64,000 nt of DNA from the NCBI GenBank assembly GCA_050014195.1, contig JBEKDT010000001.1:32001-96000 (forward strand), given 5' to 3'. Each line of letters begins with the position of its first letter. Position 1 is the first letter of the stretch. The stretch is from Desulfomonilia bacterium (GTDB lineage Bacteria; Desulfobacterota; Desulfomonilia; UBA1062). Of this stretch, positions 1-9,717 are shown piece after piece. The notes beneath the pieces are model-generated. The model did no database searches. It worked only from the letters and a program-made list of their open reading frames with translations, and had not been told where the DNA came from. Both the position numbers and the translations under genes were made by a program.

Positions 1-14
1 GGAGGTAAGATTTT

Positions 15-287
15 ATGCGTGTCTGTTACGTACTGATGGCATCATTCATCGCTCTACTGACAGCAATGGTGATCCTGCTCGGAGGTCTTGGTGATATTCA
101 AGGGAACCATTGGGCAATGTCCTCTCAAATAAATAGTGCTTACGGCACTCAAGAGGCATCTCGCACGGGAACCTCGGCGTATCCCTGGCAGCTTGATTAT
201 ATAACCCTTGGGACCAAGGTGGAAATAGCCGATGCTTCCATGCCTAATTATTTATTGCCATACAAAGAAGAACACAGGGCAAGATAG
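15..287 (+). CDS. Hypothetical small protein with N-terminal hydrophobic segment
   Basis: GGAGGT RBS at 1-6; hydrophobic N-terminus; no recognised domain. Confidence 0.45.
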   Translation: MRVCYVLMASFIALLTAMVILLGGLGDIQGNHWAMSSQINSAYGTQEASRTGTSAYPWQLDYITLGTKVEIADASMPNYLLPYKEEHRAR

Positions 288-304
288 AAGTTAGTACGGT
301 ACTT

Positions 305-613
305 GTGGAATTTTTGAAAGAATTGAATAGTCGAAAAACGGACACGTGGAAAAAGGTGGGTACGACCTCACAGAATGGAAGGGGTATCGTATCTAGAGCA
401 GAAAGAGAGGAAATCATGGAACGTATTGTCGAACAACGGGTTAATATCAAGCGCACGCAGAAGAGGATCTTCACTCTGCTTACCCAGTGTATCGCGGACA
501 TCCGAAAGACTGTCACAGCATCGGGGCTTGAACTGCTGGATGTTGGTGTCGGGTTCGAGAGGCACCAGACAACCGCGGATTCATACATCGTTGATTTGAA
601 GTTGTGCGTATAA
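305..613 (+). CDS. Hypothetical protein
   Basis: 102-aa ORF (GTG start) followed by a terminator-like hairpin. Confidence 0.45.
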   Translation: MEFLKELNSRKTDTWKKVGTTSQNGRGIVSRAEREEIMERIVEQRVNIKRTQKRIFTLLTQCIADIRKTVTASGLELLDVGVGFERHQTTADSYIVDLKLCV

Positions 614-639
614 AATCTTTTTAAGAAAAATCCATACAG

Positions 640-662
640 GGAGCCCAAGAGGCTCCTTTTTT
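640..662 (+). terminator. Rho-independent terminator
   Basis: GGAGCC-caaga-GGCTCC stem followed by T6. Confidence 0.65.
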
Positions 663-716
663 CTAGTACATGACAACTTTCAAAACTATCTCTTAATCTT
701 GTGACCTCACGGTGTT

Positions 717-779
717 GATTACTTCGATAGATCATCGTTTTCAGTGTAACCTGAAAAGTAAATGTTCCTGGAGGTAATC
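717..779. repeat. 63-bp imperfect palindromic site, copy A
   Basis: GATTAC...TTTTCA-N8-TGAAAA...GTAATC; its reverse complement aligns without gaps to 45491-45553. Confidence 0.65.
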
Positions 780-830
780 TTTAAGCGTTGAGTTTTTGAG
801 GGAGTAATCTAAATTTAATACGTGCCGGCC

Positions 831-1493
831 TCAGTACGGCCGTTGTCCGAAGATCCTCGTGCCGATGCGGACCATGGTTGCCCCTTCCTCGATGGCAATA
901 TGATAGGAATCGCTCATGCCCATGGAGAGCACCTCCATGCTCACGTTCGGAATATCCAGTGCCTTTATCTCATCGAAGAGAGTCTTGGCCTGACGGAAAT
1001 ACGGCCTGAGTTCCTCGGGGTCTTCCACAAAGGGGCCCATGGTCATGAGCCCTTTCACAGAGATGTTCGGTAGGCCGCTTATCTGCCGGATCAGTCCGGG
1101 GACGGCTTCAGGCATGGCGCCGTGCTTCTGTGCTTCGCGCCCGATATTCACTTCGATGAGCACGGGCATGATCTTGCCGTGCTTGGCTGAATGCTGGTCG
1201 ATCAGGCCCGAGAGCTCCAAAGAGTCAACGGTCTCGATCATATCGAACAGCGGCACGATGTGCTTGACCTTGTTCTTCTGGATATGGCCGATAAAATGCC
1301 ATGCAGCCTTCTTGCCGATGGCTTCTATCATTTCCTTCGATTCCTGGAGATAGTTTTCACCCACGGCCGTGATGCCTGCGTCGATGGCCTCAAGGATCTC
1401 CTGGGCGTTCCGTGACTTGGCAGCCGCTACTATATTGATACCCTGGGGTATCTCCGAGCGCAATTCCAAGACATTGTCTCTGATCTGGCCCAT
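831..1493 (-). CDS. yggS: PLP homeostasis protein, YggS family
   Basis: AAAKS, GENYLQE, WHFIGHIQKNK, LSMGMS, VRIGT motifs. Confidence 0.95.
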   Translation of the reverse strand: MGQIRDNVLELRSEIPQGINIVAAAKSRNAQEILEAIDAGITAVGENYLQESKEMIEAIGKKAAWHFIGHIQKNKVKHIVPLFDMIETVDSLELSGLIDQHSAKHGKIMPVLIEVNIGREAQKHGAMPEAVPGLIRQISGLPNISVKGLMTMGPFVEDPEELRPYFRQAKTLFDEIKALDIPNVSMEVLSMGMSDSYHIAIEEGATMVRIGTRIFGQRPY

Positions 1494-1558
1494 GATTTTT
1501 TCCTATGCTTTGGGGGCAGTCGTTGTCAACGTGCAAAAACTTACTCAGTGATTGAGAG

Positions 1559-1587
1559 TTGACAGGCCTATAGTGCGATGTTACCTT
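1559..1587 (+). promoter_or_regulatory. Putative sigma-70 promoter of the nrpR-like gene
   Basis: TTGACA-N17-TACCTT with an extended TG. Confidence 0.4.
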
Positions 1588-1626
1588 AAACGGCAATAGG
1601 TTACCGATATTCCTTAGGAGATCATT

Positions 1627-2637
1627 ATGTTCGCCTATGATGAGATGGAACGGAAGAGCATCCTGATTTTGCGCATCCTCAACCAGGCCCAGCAGCCCCT
1701 CGGTGCGCGCATCATCGCCCGGAGGATGAAGGATTACGGGATCAACCTGAGCGAGCGGGCGGTGCGATACCACCTGCAGTTCATGGACCAGCGGGAGCTC
1801 ACCCGGTTCGTCGGCAGGAGGGACGGCAGGGTGATCACACCGAAGGGTGTCGAGGAGCTCCGCAATGCACGGGTACAGGATAAGGTGGGATACTGTATCT
1901 CCCGCATGGAAATCCTTGCCTACAAAACAACCTTCGACCCTACAGCCGGTAATGGCGTGCTCCCCATCAATGTCTCATTCTTCCCTGCCGAGAGCTTTAA
2001 AGAGGCGTTGAAGGGTATGAAGCCTGCATTTGAAAAGAACTTGTGCGTAAGCGAGCTTGTGGCGGTAGCCCCTGAGGACGCCTTCCTCGGGGATGTGCAT
2101 GTGCCCCAGGGGTGCATAGGCTTTGCCACGATATGCAGCATTGTACTATCCGGCGTTCTCCTAAAACGCGGCATCCCCCTGGAGTCCAAGTTCGGGGGTA
2201 TCCTCCAGGTCAGCGAACACAAGCCCATGCGTTTTGTGGACCTCATCCATTATTCCGGGACATCCCTGGATCCATCCGAAGCCTTCATCAGCGCCAGGAT
2301 GACCGCCGTGCGGGATGTTTTGAGACGGGGGGAAGGCAAGATCCTTGCGAACTTCTGTGAGGTTGCCGGTGTCTGCAGGGATGGTGTCGAAGAGGTCATG
2401 GAGCTCTTAAAGGGTGTGGGGATAAATGCCGTGATCATAAAGGGCAAGATGGGTGAGCCGGTCTGCCAGGTGAGCGTCGATGTGAACAAGATGGGCATGA
2501 TCCTGCTGGGCGGACTCAACCCGGTTGCAGCAGCAAGGGAGGCCGGAGCGGAAGAGACGAACCTCCCTATGTCCACGGTCATGGAATACAACGATCTCAG
2601 AAGATTCTCATCCGTGTATCGCGAGTATCTTGGGTGA
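1627..2637 (+). CDS. NrpR-family transcriptional regulator (wHTH plus a single NRD domain)
   Basis: N-terminal LGARIIA...SERAVRYHL HTH; TICSI, LDPSEAF and GGLNP motifs of NRD/DUF128. Confidence 0.85.
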   Translation: MFAYDEMERKSILILRILNQAQQPLGARIIARRMKDYGINLSERAVRYHLQFMDQRELTRFVGRRDGRVITPKGVEELRNARVQDKVGYCISRMEILAYKTTFDPTAGNGVLPINVSFFPAESFKEALKGMKPAFEKNLCVSELVAVAPEDAFLGDVHVPQGCIGFATICSIVLSGVLLKRGIPLESKFGGILQVSEHKPMRFVDLIHYSGTSLDPSEAFISARMTAVRDVLRRGEGKILANFCEVAGVCRDGVEEVMELLKGVGINAVIIKGKMGEPVCQVSVDVNKMGMILLGGLNPVAAAREAGAEETNLPMSTVMEYNDLRRFSSVYREYLG

Positions 2638-2682
2638 AGAACTGTTGCCCCGCGCAGCAAGCTTAGGCGGGATCATTAAAAG

Positions 2683-5061
2683 CTAACCCAGCTCTATCCT
2701 GGTCCTGCTGATGATCTCGTCCTTCACGGTGTCGGGCAACTCATCGAAATAGGCGCAGTAACCCGCCACCCTCACTACAATGCCCGGATACCTACCCGGG
2801 TGCGACCGGGCGTCCATGAGGACCTCGGGGTCCAGCACATTGAGCTGCATTTCCATGCCACCCTGGGCGAAGAATCCTTTTGTGAGTGCGGTTATGGTGT
2901 CCAGGGCCTTTTCCCCTTTCAGTGAGGGCATATCAAAGCGCATGTTCAGGGCATAGCCATTGGGAGATAGCCTCGAATCCACGGCGGCCACCGAGTTGAG
3001 CAGGGCCGTGGGGCCGTTTAAGTCCCGCCCGTTGCAGCACCCCATGCTTGCCGCAAAGGGCTCTCCCGCCTTTCTTCCGCTCGGCAGGGATGGTGTCCTT
3101 CTCCCGAACGCTACATGGGTCGTGGAGGAATAGAACCCCGGCACATAGGGGCCTCCCCTGGTGTTACGATATCGGGAAAGGGCATCATGGAAGATATGTA
3201 CCACGAGGTCGGCGTAGCGTTCAGGCTCGCCGAGGTCATTGCCGAATTTCCCGGCGGAAAGCAGCTCGGCCCTCAATTTCGCGTTGTCCTTGAAGTCTTG
3301 CCTCATGGCCTCGATCACCTGCGCCAGGGTGTATGACTTTTTTCTGAACACCACCTCTTCGATGGCGGCAAGCGAATCCGCCACATCCGCCACACCCACG
3401 CCCTGGATGCCGCTTGAATTGTACCTGGCGCCTCCTGCAGTCACATCCTTACCGCTCTTCAGGCATCCCTCCACAAGCATGGAAGAAAACGGGGTGGGGT
3501 GGAAGTCGCAATTGGCCTTCTCGATGATCCGGATGTCCCTGACCAGGCGTTTCACCATGAATTCCACCTGGGCCTTGAAGGCATCGATGATACCGTCCAT
3601 GGTCGTGAAGGTGGATGGATCGGCAGTTCTGGCCCCGGCCCTGAACCTATGATTCGGCCTCTTACCTTTGTTCAGTGCCAGGACCAGGCACAGGGGGAGG
3701 TTGAAGAGAGCGGCATCGGTCGAGCAGAAGCTCCTGCCGGGTATGGTCGGCTCCACGCAGCCCACCACGCCATAGTCGCGGGCATCTTCAAGGGGATAGC
3801 CATGGGAGATGAGCGATGCGATGGTAGCCTCATCGTTGAACAGGCCCGGCACACTGTTTCCTTTTCGGGCCACATCCAGGGTGCGCCGCACATATTTCTC
3901 GGGTGATGCGGCATGGATCCTGGCCATGTAGTTGGGGTCGCGCAGGCCCGCAAGCTCCATGACATCGAGGAAGAGGTAGGTCAGGTCGTTGACTGCATCC
4001 CTGCCGTCCCGGTCCATGCCTCCCACGGTGGCTGCCTGGGCCACCAGGTATCCGCCGTGGTATTCGCTCGTCCTGCTGGAGAGCAGGAACATGTGTTCGG
4101 TTGTCTTGGCAGAGAAGCACAGCAGCAGCTCCAGGGCCTTGTCCTTGTCTATCCTGCCTGTCTCGATGTCATTCTGGTAAAAAGGATAGAGGTACTGGTC
4201 GATACGACCGAAGGATACTGCAGAGTTGATTCCTTCAAGGCAGACAGCCATGTGGGTGAGCCACAGCGCCTGCAGGGCCTCATGGAGTGTCTCGGCGGGC
4301 TCCAGGGGCACCTTGTCGCAGATGTGTGCGATATCGAGCAGCTCCTGCCTTCTCGCTTGCAAGGGCTCCGTGGATGCGAGCCTATATGCCTCAAGGGAGA
4401 GCCTTTTTGCATATTCGGCCAGACCCTCGCAGGCGATCAGCGCCGCTGCATGGAGGTCGGACCTGGACTCCTCTAAAGTTTCCATGAAGCCCTTGATGCC
4501 GAGCCTTATCATGCTGCCGTAATCGGGCAGGAAATGGCCGATGCCCCCGCTCTCATTGATGAGGTAGAAGGTGGCGTTAAGCTGCTCCAGTACAAAACGC
4601 ATAAGCTTCGGGCTGTACCACTTGAATGCCCGTGAATTCATATTCCTGAAGTACCAATAGGGGATGACCTTAAAGAGGAGTTCCAGGCGCTCCTTCCAGG
4701 AAACCGGGTAAGGGTTTGTCTTTCTCCTGTTCATCCAGAGAAGCTCTTCGCTCATGACGACCCCGGACAGCTCCGGTTGAATGATAACCGATTTCCGGTG
4801 GCTGCCCACATTGCCGACGATGAGCTCGTCGTCGAATATCTTCACCGACTTATTCCGGAGCAGGTAACGCAGTGCCTTGGCCTTGCGCACCATCATAGAT
4901 TCTGTTGGATCGTCGTGCCTCTTGAAAAATTCCGTGATGAGCAGCGCTCGCTCGGTACAGAGGCGTACCGGCTGTGAGAGCAGGGCTTCCTTGATACGAG
5001 TGAAACGCCCGGCAGGGCTTTTATTGTCGTCGGGCCTCTTTTGTGCGGATTTGGCTCTCAT
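2683..5061 (-). CDS. Glycyl radical enzyme (PFL-like family), substrate unknown
   Basis: SFGRIDQYLYP, Cys loop GCVEP, Gly loop VRVAGY. Confidence 0.93.
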   Translation of the reverse strand: MRAKSAQKRPDDNKSPAGRFTRIKEALLSQPVRLCTERALLITEFFKRHDDPTESMMVRKAKALRYLLRNKSVKIFDDELIVGNVGSHRKSVIIQPELSGVVMSEELLWMNRRKTNPYPVSWKERLELLFKVIPYWYFRNMNSRAFKWYSPKLMRFVLEQLNATFYLINESGGIGHFLPDYGSMIRLGIKGFMETLEESRSDLHAAALIACEGLAEYAKRLSLEAYRLASTEPLQARRQELLDIAHICDKVPLEPAETLHEALQALWLTHMAVCLEGINSAVSFGRIDQYLYPFYQNDIETGRIDKDKALELLLCFSAKTTEHMFLLSSRTSEYHGGYLVAQAATVGGMDRDGRDAVNDLTYLFLDVMELAGLRDPNYMARIHAASPEKYVRRTLDVARKGNSVPGLFNDEATIASLISHGYPLEDARDYGVVGCVEPTIPGRSFCSTDAALFNLPLCLVLALNKGKRPNHRFRAGARTADPSTFTTMDGIIDAFKAQVEFMVKRLVRDIRIIEKANCDFHPTPFSSMLVEGCLKSGKDVTAGGARYNSSGIQGVGVADVADSLAAIEEVVFRKKSYTLAQVIEAMRQDFKDNAKLRAELLSAGKFGNDLGEPERYADLVVHIFHDALSRYRNTRGGPYVPGFYSSTTHVAFGRRTPSLPSGRKAGEPFAASMGCCNGRDLNGPTALLNSVAAVDSRLSPNGYALNMRFDMPSLKGEKALDTITALTKGFFAQGGMEMQLNVLDPEVLMDARSHPGRYPGIVVRVAGYCAYFDELPDTVKDEIISRTRIELG

Positions 5062-5096
5062 GCGGACTTCTCCTCCTTCATGGGGTCTTCTTTTAA

Positions 5097-5153
5097 GTAG
5101 GAGCGGCTTCAGCCGCGACCATTACATACCGATCGCGCCTGAAGGCGCTCCTA
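5097..5153. repeat. GTAG-family REP doublet
   Basis: GTAGGAGCGGCTTCAGCCGCGA ... TCGCGCCTGAAGGCGCTCCTAG; same units as the 30.2-kb array. Confidence 0.8.
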
Positions 5154-5164
5154 GAAAACCTGAC

Positions 5165-6013
5165 TCAATAATTCACTACGGGTTTAAACTCCTGTTCGGG
5201 GTAGATCTGGCCCGGCTTGGGCGGCATGGAATTGTATACCCAGTCGATGTCCACACATCCGAGTGTGATCCCCCGGTGCTTCTCAAACCCGGTGAACACA
5301 CCCCTTACCAGCACATCCTCCATGTCCATGGTCAGGCCGAACACGGCTACAACAGAGCCCTTATGTATCGCGTTCAATTCTTCCTTATATGCCAGCGGCG
5401 AAAATGCGAGTCGCGTACTGCCTGCTGCCTGGCAGCCGATCAAAGGGATGATCACCGGGTATGAGTCCTCACCGGCGTACGAGATAAACTTGATGGTGTC
5501 GAGCCTCTTGAACAGGCCCTCGGCCCAGGGCTTCAGGATGCGCTTTGAAAGCATCGGCCTGACGGCCGACCTTCCCGCCAGGGCCAGGACCGAACCGAGC
5601 CCGATCCGTACAAGCGGCAGGGATTCCTTGCCGTAAGTCTCAACGAGGTCCATATAGTGCACGGTATGGATGCCGAAGTAGGCATTGTAGCGGAACATGG
5701 GCTTCAAGTTGAACATCTCGTAGTCTTCGCCGTGGGCGGCCTTATGGGTATAGAGCGCCTTGCCGCGCCACAGGCTCTTGTCCATGGTCATGATGGCAAA
5801 GCCTGTCTTGGGATTGGTCTTCACGTGCTCCTTGCTCATGCCTTCTGAGAACTGGCCCCAGATGAGCTTGGTGGGGGTCTTTGCCTGCAGCGCCGTGATG
5901 AGGGTGACGTGGGGCAGGCCTTCGGGGTTTATCGTGGCGATCAATCCAACCTTTGCCTCGGGCTCAAACTGCTTCAGGTCTTCATCATCAAAACGCGTAT
6001 AGGTCTTTTTCAT
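5165..6013 (-). CDS. Pyridoxamine 5'-phosphate oxidase-like FMN-binding protein (probably two split-barrel domains)
   Basis: KVGLIATINPEGLPHVT N-terminal motif; second similar KFISY...YPVIIP segment. Confidence 0.75.
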   Translation of the reverse strand: MKKTYTRFDDEDLKQFEPEAKVGLIATINPEGLPHVTLITALQAKTPTKLIWGQFSEGMSKEHVKTNPKTGFAIMTMDKSLWRGKALYTHKAAHGEDYEMFNLKPMFRYNAYFGIHTVHYMDLVETYGKESLPLVRIGLGSVLALAGRSAVRPMLSKRILKPWAEGLFKRLDTIKFISYAGEDSYPVIIPLIGCQAAGSTRLAFSPLAYKEELNAIHKGSVVAVFGLTMDMEDVLVRGVFTGFEKHRGITLGCVDIDWVYNSMPPKPGQIYPEQEFKPVVNY

Positions 6014-6059
6014 GCATGCCCTCCCCTTTTATTCTCGGTGACTCTTCCTCTATCCACCG

Positions 6060-6129
6060 TGTCATTCCTACGAAAGCTTCGAATCCAGGAATATCAAAGC
6101 ATTCTGAGCCCATGCTCCCGGGGATGACA
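6060..6129. repeat. Degenerate GTCATTCC...GAATCC palindromic intergenic repeat
   Basis: TGTCATTCC...GAATCCAG ... GGGATGACA inverted ends. Confidence 0.4.
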
Positions 6130-6145
6130 GTCCTTTGCTCCTTGA

Positions 6146-7189
6146 TCATCCGATCACCCCTTGCTTGGTGACGCCCAATGAGGCTTTTTCATCTGCATAC
6201 TCATACGGATGGACCTTGCTCATGGGCCCGCTCAGATGGACAATTTCAGGGTCAACACCCGAACTCCTTGCACTCTTTGCAAGGCGCTCGGCCTCATCCT
6301 GGTCAAGGAGCGCCGTCTTCCTGAACTGCCAGTCAATCCCAAGCCCGTCATACTTATTGATGCACAGGTTGTTGAAGGTGCACAGCTCCCACCTGCTCAC
6401 GGCCGGACTCAAGTTTTTCTTGATAAATGCACCGATCCCCTTGAGGTTGTCCGGTGTGGCGGTGTATCCCGGAATCAAAGGAGTGCGCACCCAGAGATCC
6501 CCGGGCATGGAGCTGTCCTCCATGGATTTGCCGATCTTGACAAGGTTTTCGAGGATCTTCTCAGGGGAGACCCCGGTGAATTCTTTATGCCTCTTGGGGT
6601 CAATCTCCTTGAGATCGTAGAGGACCAGGTCCGTATACGGCAGGAGCGACTTGATGGTCTCCCACGAACACTGCCCGCAGGTATCAAGGGCGGTATAGAC
6701 GCCCTTGAGCTTGAAGGCCGCGAGGAGCTCTTGTGTGAATTCGCCCTGCAGGGTGGGCTCGCCGCCCGAGAGGGTCACCCCGCCGCCTGACTTCTGAAAA
6801 TACACCTTATCCTTGAGCACCTCATGGAGGAGACCATCCACCTCGCAGACCTCTCCATAGACCTCCATGGCCGTAGACGGGCAGGCCTGCACGCACGCGG
6901 TGCAGGAATCGCATTTCGATCGGTCGATGGTTATACCGCTGCCCGCCAGCGCGAGAACCCCTTTCGTGCAAGCCTCGATACAGCTGCGGCAGCCGATGCA
7001 CCTGGACTTCACCCAGTGCACCTGGAGCCTCTTTGAGATGCTCTCCGGATTGTGGCACCAGACGCACTTCAACGGGCAGCCCTTGAAGAATATAGTGCTC
7101 CTGATGCCCGGCCCGTCTTCCGTGGACATGCGCTGGATCCTGAGGATGGTACCCTTGTGCTTATCTTCGTTGCCTTTCATGGTGATCAC
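6146..7189 (-). CDS. Glycyl-radical enzyme activating enzyme (radical SAM with ferredoxin insert)
   Basis: EDGPGIR, GCPLKCVWCHNPE (CxxxCxxC), two CxxCxxCxxxC motifs, SGGEP. Confidence 0.95.
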   Translation of the reverse strand: MITMKGNEDKHKGTILRIQRMSTEDGPGIRSTIFFKGCPLKCVWCHNPESISKRLQVHWVKSRCIGCRSCIEACTKGVLALAGSGITIDRSKCDSCTACVQACPSTAMEVYGEVCEVDGLLHEVLKDKVYFQKSGGGVTLSGGEPTLQGEFTQELLAAFKLKGVYTALDTCGQCSWETIKSLLPYTDLVLYDLKEIDPKRHKEFTGVSPEKILENLVKIGKSMEDSSMPGDLWVRTPLIPGYTATPDNLKGIGAFIKKNLSPAVSRWELCTFNNLCINKYDGLGIDWQFRKTALLDQDEAERLAKSARSSGVDPEIVHLSGPMSKVHPYEYADEKASLGVTKQGVIG

Positions 7190-7203
7190 TTCTCCTTGTG
7201 CCC

Positions 7204-9717
7204 CTATATCGACTCATGGCTTATCCTTGCTATGACCTCGTCCTGCAACTCTCTCCCGATACTCGTGAAATAGGCGTTGTACCCCGTGATCCGCACCAGC
7301 AGCGAGCGGTAGTCCTCGGGCCTCTTCTGCGCGTCGCGCAGCATGTCGGCATCCAGCATGTTGATCTGCAGCGCGCTGCCTCCGTTTTCCACATAGCCCC
7401 TTAAGAATGCCTTGAACTTGGAGCGGTGCTCGGGGTTCTGCAGCAGCGACGGGTTGATGGTGATGGTGTGGCTCGCGCCGTTGGGCAGGCAGTTGTAATA
7501 CCCCTTATAGTCGCCCTGGCCCTGGGGGTCTTTGCCGCCCATGGCCTTGCCTACGGAGTTCGCATTGGCTGTGGGGCCGTTGATGTCCGCCCCGTTGCTC
7601 GGGCAGATGGCGTTTGACAGGAACCTCCCCTTGGGCCTGCCGTCCGGACTCGCCGGCAGGATGAAGCCGTCGCCCACCCAGTAGTTCCAACTCAGCATGC
7701 CCGGCCGGAACCGGCGGTTTGTGGAGACGGTCTTGTACTTCCATGTCTCCTCGCTCCACAGCGCCATGACCGCATGTGCCAGGGCGTCGGCCTTGTCGTC
7801 GTCGCAGCCGTATTTCGGGGCCTTGAACCTGGCCTTGGCCTGCAGCTTTTCATGGCCTCCCCAGTTTGCCTTCAGGGCCCCGATGAGCTCGGCCATGGTG
7901 CATTCCTTGTTGTCGAACACCAGGTTCTTGACTGCCAGCAGCGAGTCCACCGTGGTGGCGAACGTTACCGCCTCCAGCGTGGTGAAGCCCAGCTCAGAGC
8001 CGCCCTCGGTGATGTCGAGCCCCTTTTCCGCACATCCCCTTACCAGGCACGAGAGGTACGGCGTGGGACAGAACCGGGCCCTGATGGATTCGGACTGCTC
8101 ATAGAGCTCGGCACATTTCTTCACGATGAAGCGGGTCTGCTCGGCATACGCCCCCCAGAACTGCTCCCAGGATGCAAATGTCGCTGCATCGCCTGTCCTG
8201 GGTCCGGCCTGCGACACCTTCTCCTTCTTGCCCGTAATGGGGTCGATGAAATCGAAGAAGTCCTTCCCGTTATTCAGGGCCAGCTCAACGGCCTTCAAGA
8301 GGTTGAGGTTGTTGTCCACCGTGCCCGAGCGGTCGTTGCCCTGCATGGTGTTCTCCAGGCAGCCCACGGGAGCATAGTCGTGCACGTTGTTCTCGTTGAT
8401 CAGGTGCGTAACGTTTCCCCTCTTTGCCTCGCGCAGCATCCCGGCCATGGACCGCTCGTCGAAATTCAGCAGAAAAGGCGCGCCCTGGCTCACCGAGATC
8501 ATGTCCACCACCTTGTCCAGCAGCTCATCCGGGGTCCCCCGGTGCAGGCGCACATTGGGCTTGGGCTCTAAAATGGGCGTCATCTCGTCGATGACCTCCA
8601 GCATGGCGAAGGTAAGGTCATTGGTCATATCCTTGCCGCCCGCACCCACGCCGGAGAGCGTGATGAGCTGGCCGTAACCGGCGGTGATGCCGTTGAAGCC
8701 CACGCGGATCATGGCGTCGTACACCGTGTTGGCATGCACCCAGAAGCATTTCAGGATCTCCTTGCCGAACTCAGAGTCCATGCCCTGCTCTATCGAATAC
8801 TGCCAGTAGGGCAGCAAATACTGATCGATGCGTCCGAAGGACACTCCCGGTCCGGGGTAATTCTCGTCGCTCATGATGAGCATGTGCGTGAGCCACAGGG
8901 CCTGCACGGCTTCCCAGAAGGTTGTTGCAGGCTCCCAGGGGACCTTCTTCAGGTTTGCGGCCATCTGGTTAAGCTCTGCCTTTCGGCCCGCATCCTTTTC
9001 CGATGCGGCAAGCTTCCCGCACAGGTCGGCATACTTTGCAGCCAGGTCCCTTGCCATGGTGGAGGCGGTCATCATGGCCTTCAGCTGGGCGCCTTTTCTG
9101 CCCTTCTTGTCATTCCCGGCTAGGGCCTTGTATTTCTTTTCCAGGTCTTCATGGAGGCCCTTCCAGCCGATCTTGAGCGCACGCTCGTATCCGGGGATGA
9201 GGTGGCCGCTCGTGGCACCCGAGTTGCCGTATCCGTGGTCGTGGAACCACTTCATGGATGCGCGGGCCCCCTTCTTGCCGTATATGAGCCTGTCGCGCTC
9301 TTTTGCCTCTTTCTTTGTCCAACACTTGGACGTCTGCAGGTTGAAGCGGCCGCCCGCAATCAGGTCTCCGGGCAGGATCTCCTGGGGCACATAGTTCACC
9401 ATCACCTCCTTGATGAACCAGGCCTTTCGTTCAACCAGGCTCCAGGTCCAGAAGTCCGGGTGCAGCTTAACGGGCCTGGCAGCCTGCTGCATGGATGAGC
9501 GGAAGGTCTGCATGAACGGGTACGTCTCGGGCACGATGTAGAAGGTCATCTCGTCGAACTGCACGTCCCAGGGCGTGCCTGTCGTCCAGGCGGTGAACTC
9601 GTTGTTCCAGGCGCGCTCCACGCCCTTGTAGTAGTAGTCCCGCAGCCAGGTTATACGCGGTGAGAGGTTCTTCGGTTCCTTGATCTTCGAAACGCTAAGT
9701 GCCGCCTGTGCGCTCAT
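7204..9717 (-). CDS. Glycyl radical enzyme (PFL-like family), substrate unknown
   Basis: SFGRIDQYL, Cys loop GCLE, Gly loop VRITGY. Confidence 0.93.
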   Translation of the reverse strand: MSAQAALSVSKIKEPKNLSPRITWLRDYYYKGVERAWNNEFTAWTTGTPWDVQFDEMTFYIVPETYPFMQTFRSSMQQAARPVKLHPDFWTWSLVERKAWFIKEVMVNYVPQEILPGDLIAGGRFNLQTSKCWTKKEAKERDRLIYGKKGARASMKWFHDHGYGNSGATSGHLIPGYERALKIGWKGLHEDLEKKYKALAGNDKKGRKGAQLKAMMTASTMARDLAAKYADLCGKLAASEKDAGRKAELNQMAANLKKVPWEPATTFWEAVQALWLTHMLIMSDENYPGPGVSFGRIDQYLLPYWQYSIEQGMDSEFGKEILKCFWVHANTVYDAMIRVGFNGITAGYGQLITLSGVGAGGKDMTNDLTFAMLEVIDEMTPILEPKPNVRLHRGTPDELLDKVVDMISVSQGAPFLLNFDERSMAGMLREAKRGNVTHLINENNVHDYAPVGCLENTMQGNDRSGTVDNNLNLLKAVELALNNGKDFFDFIDPITGKKEKVSQAGPRTGDAATFASWEQFWGAYAEQTRFIVKKCAELYEQSESIRARFCPTPYLSCLVRGCAEKGLDITEGGSELGFTTLEAVTFATTVDSLLAVKNLVFDNKECTMAELIGALKANWGGHEKLQAKARFKAPKYGCDDDKADALAHAVMALWSEETWKYKTVSTNRRFRPGMLSWNYWVGDGFILPASPDGRPKGRFLSNAICPSNGADINGPTANANSVGKAMGGKDPQGQGDYKGYYNCLPNGASHTITINPSLLQNPEHRSKFKAFLRGYVENGGSALQINMLDADMLRDAQKRPEDYRSLLVRITGYNAYFTSIGRELQDEVIARISHESI

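Noticed and set aside
2645-2675. CCGCGCAGCAAGCTTAGG motif also seen near 31470
   Set aside because: Too short and degenerate to assign; possibly a decayed IS-end hairpin
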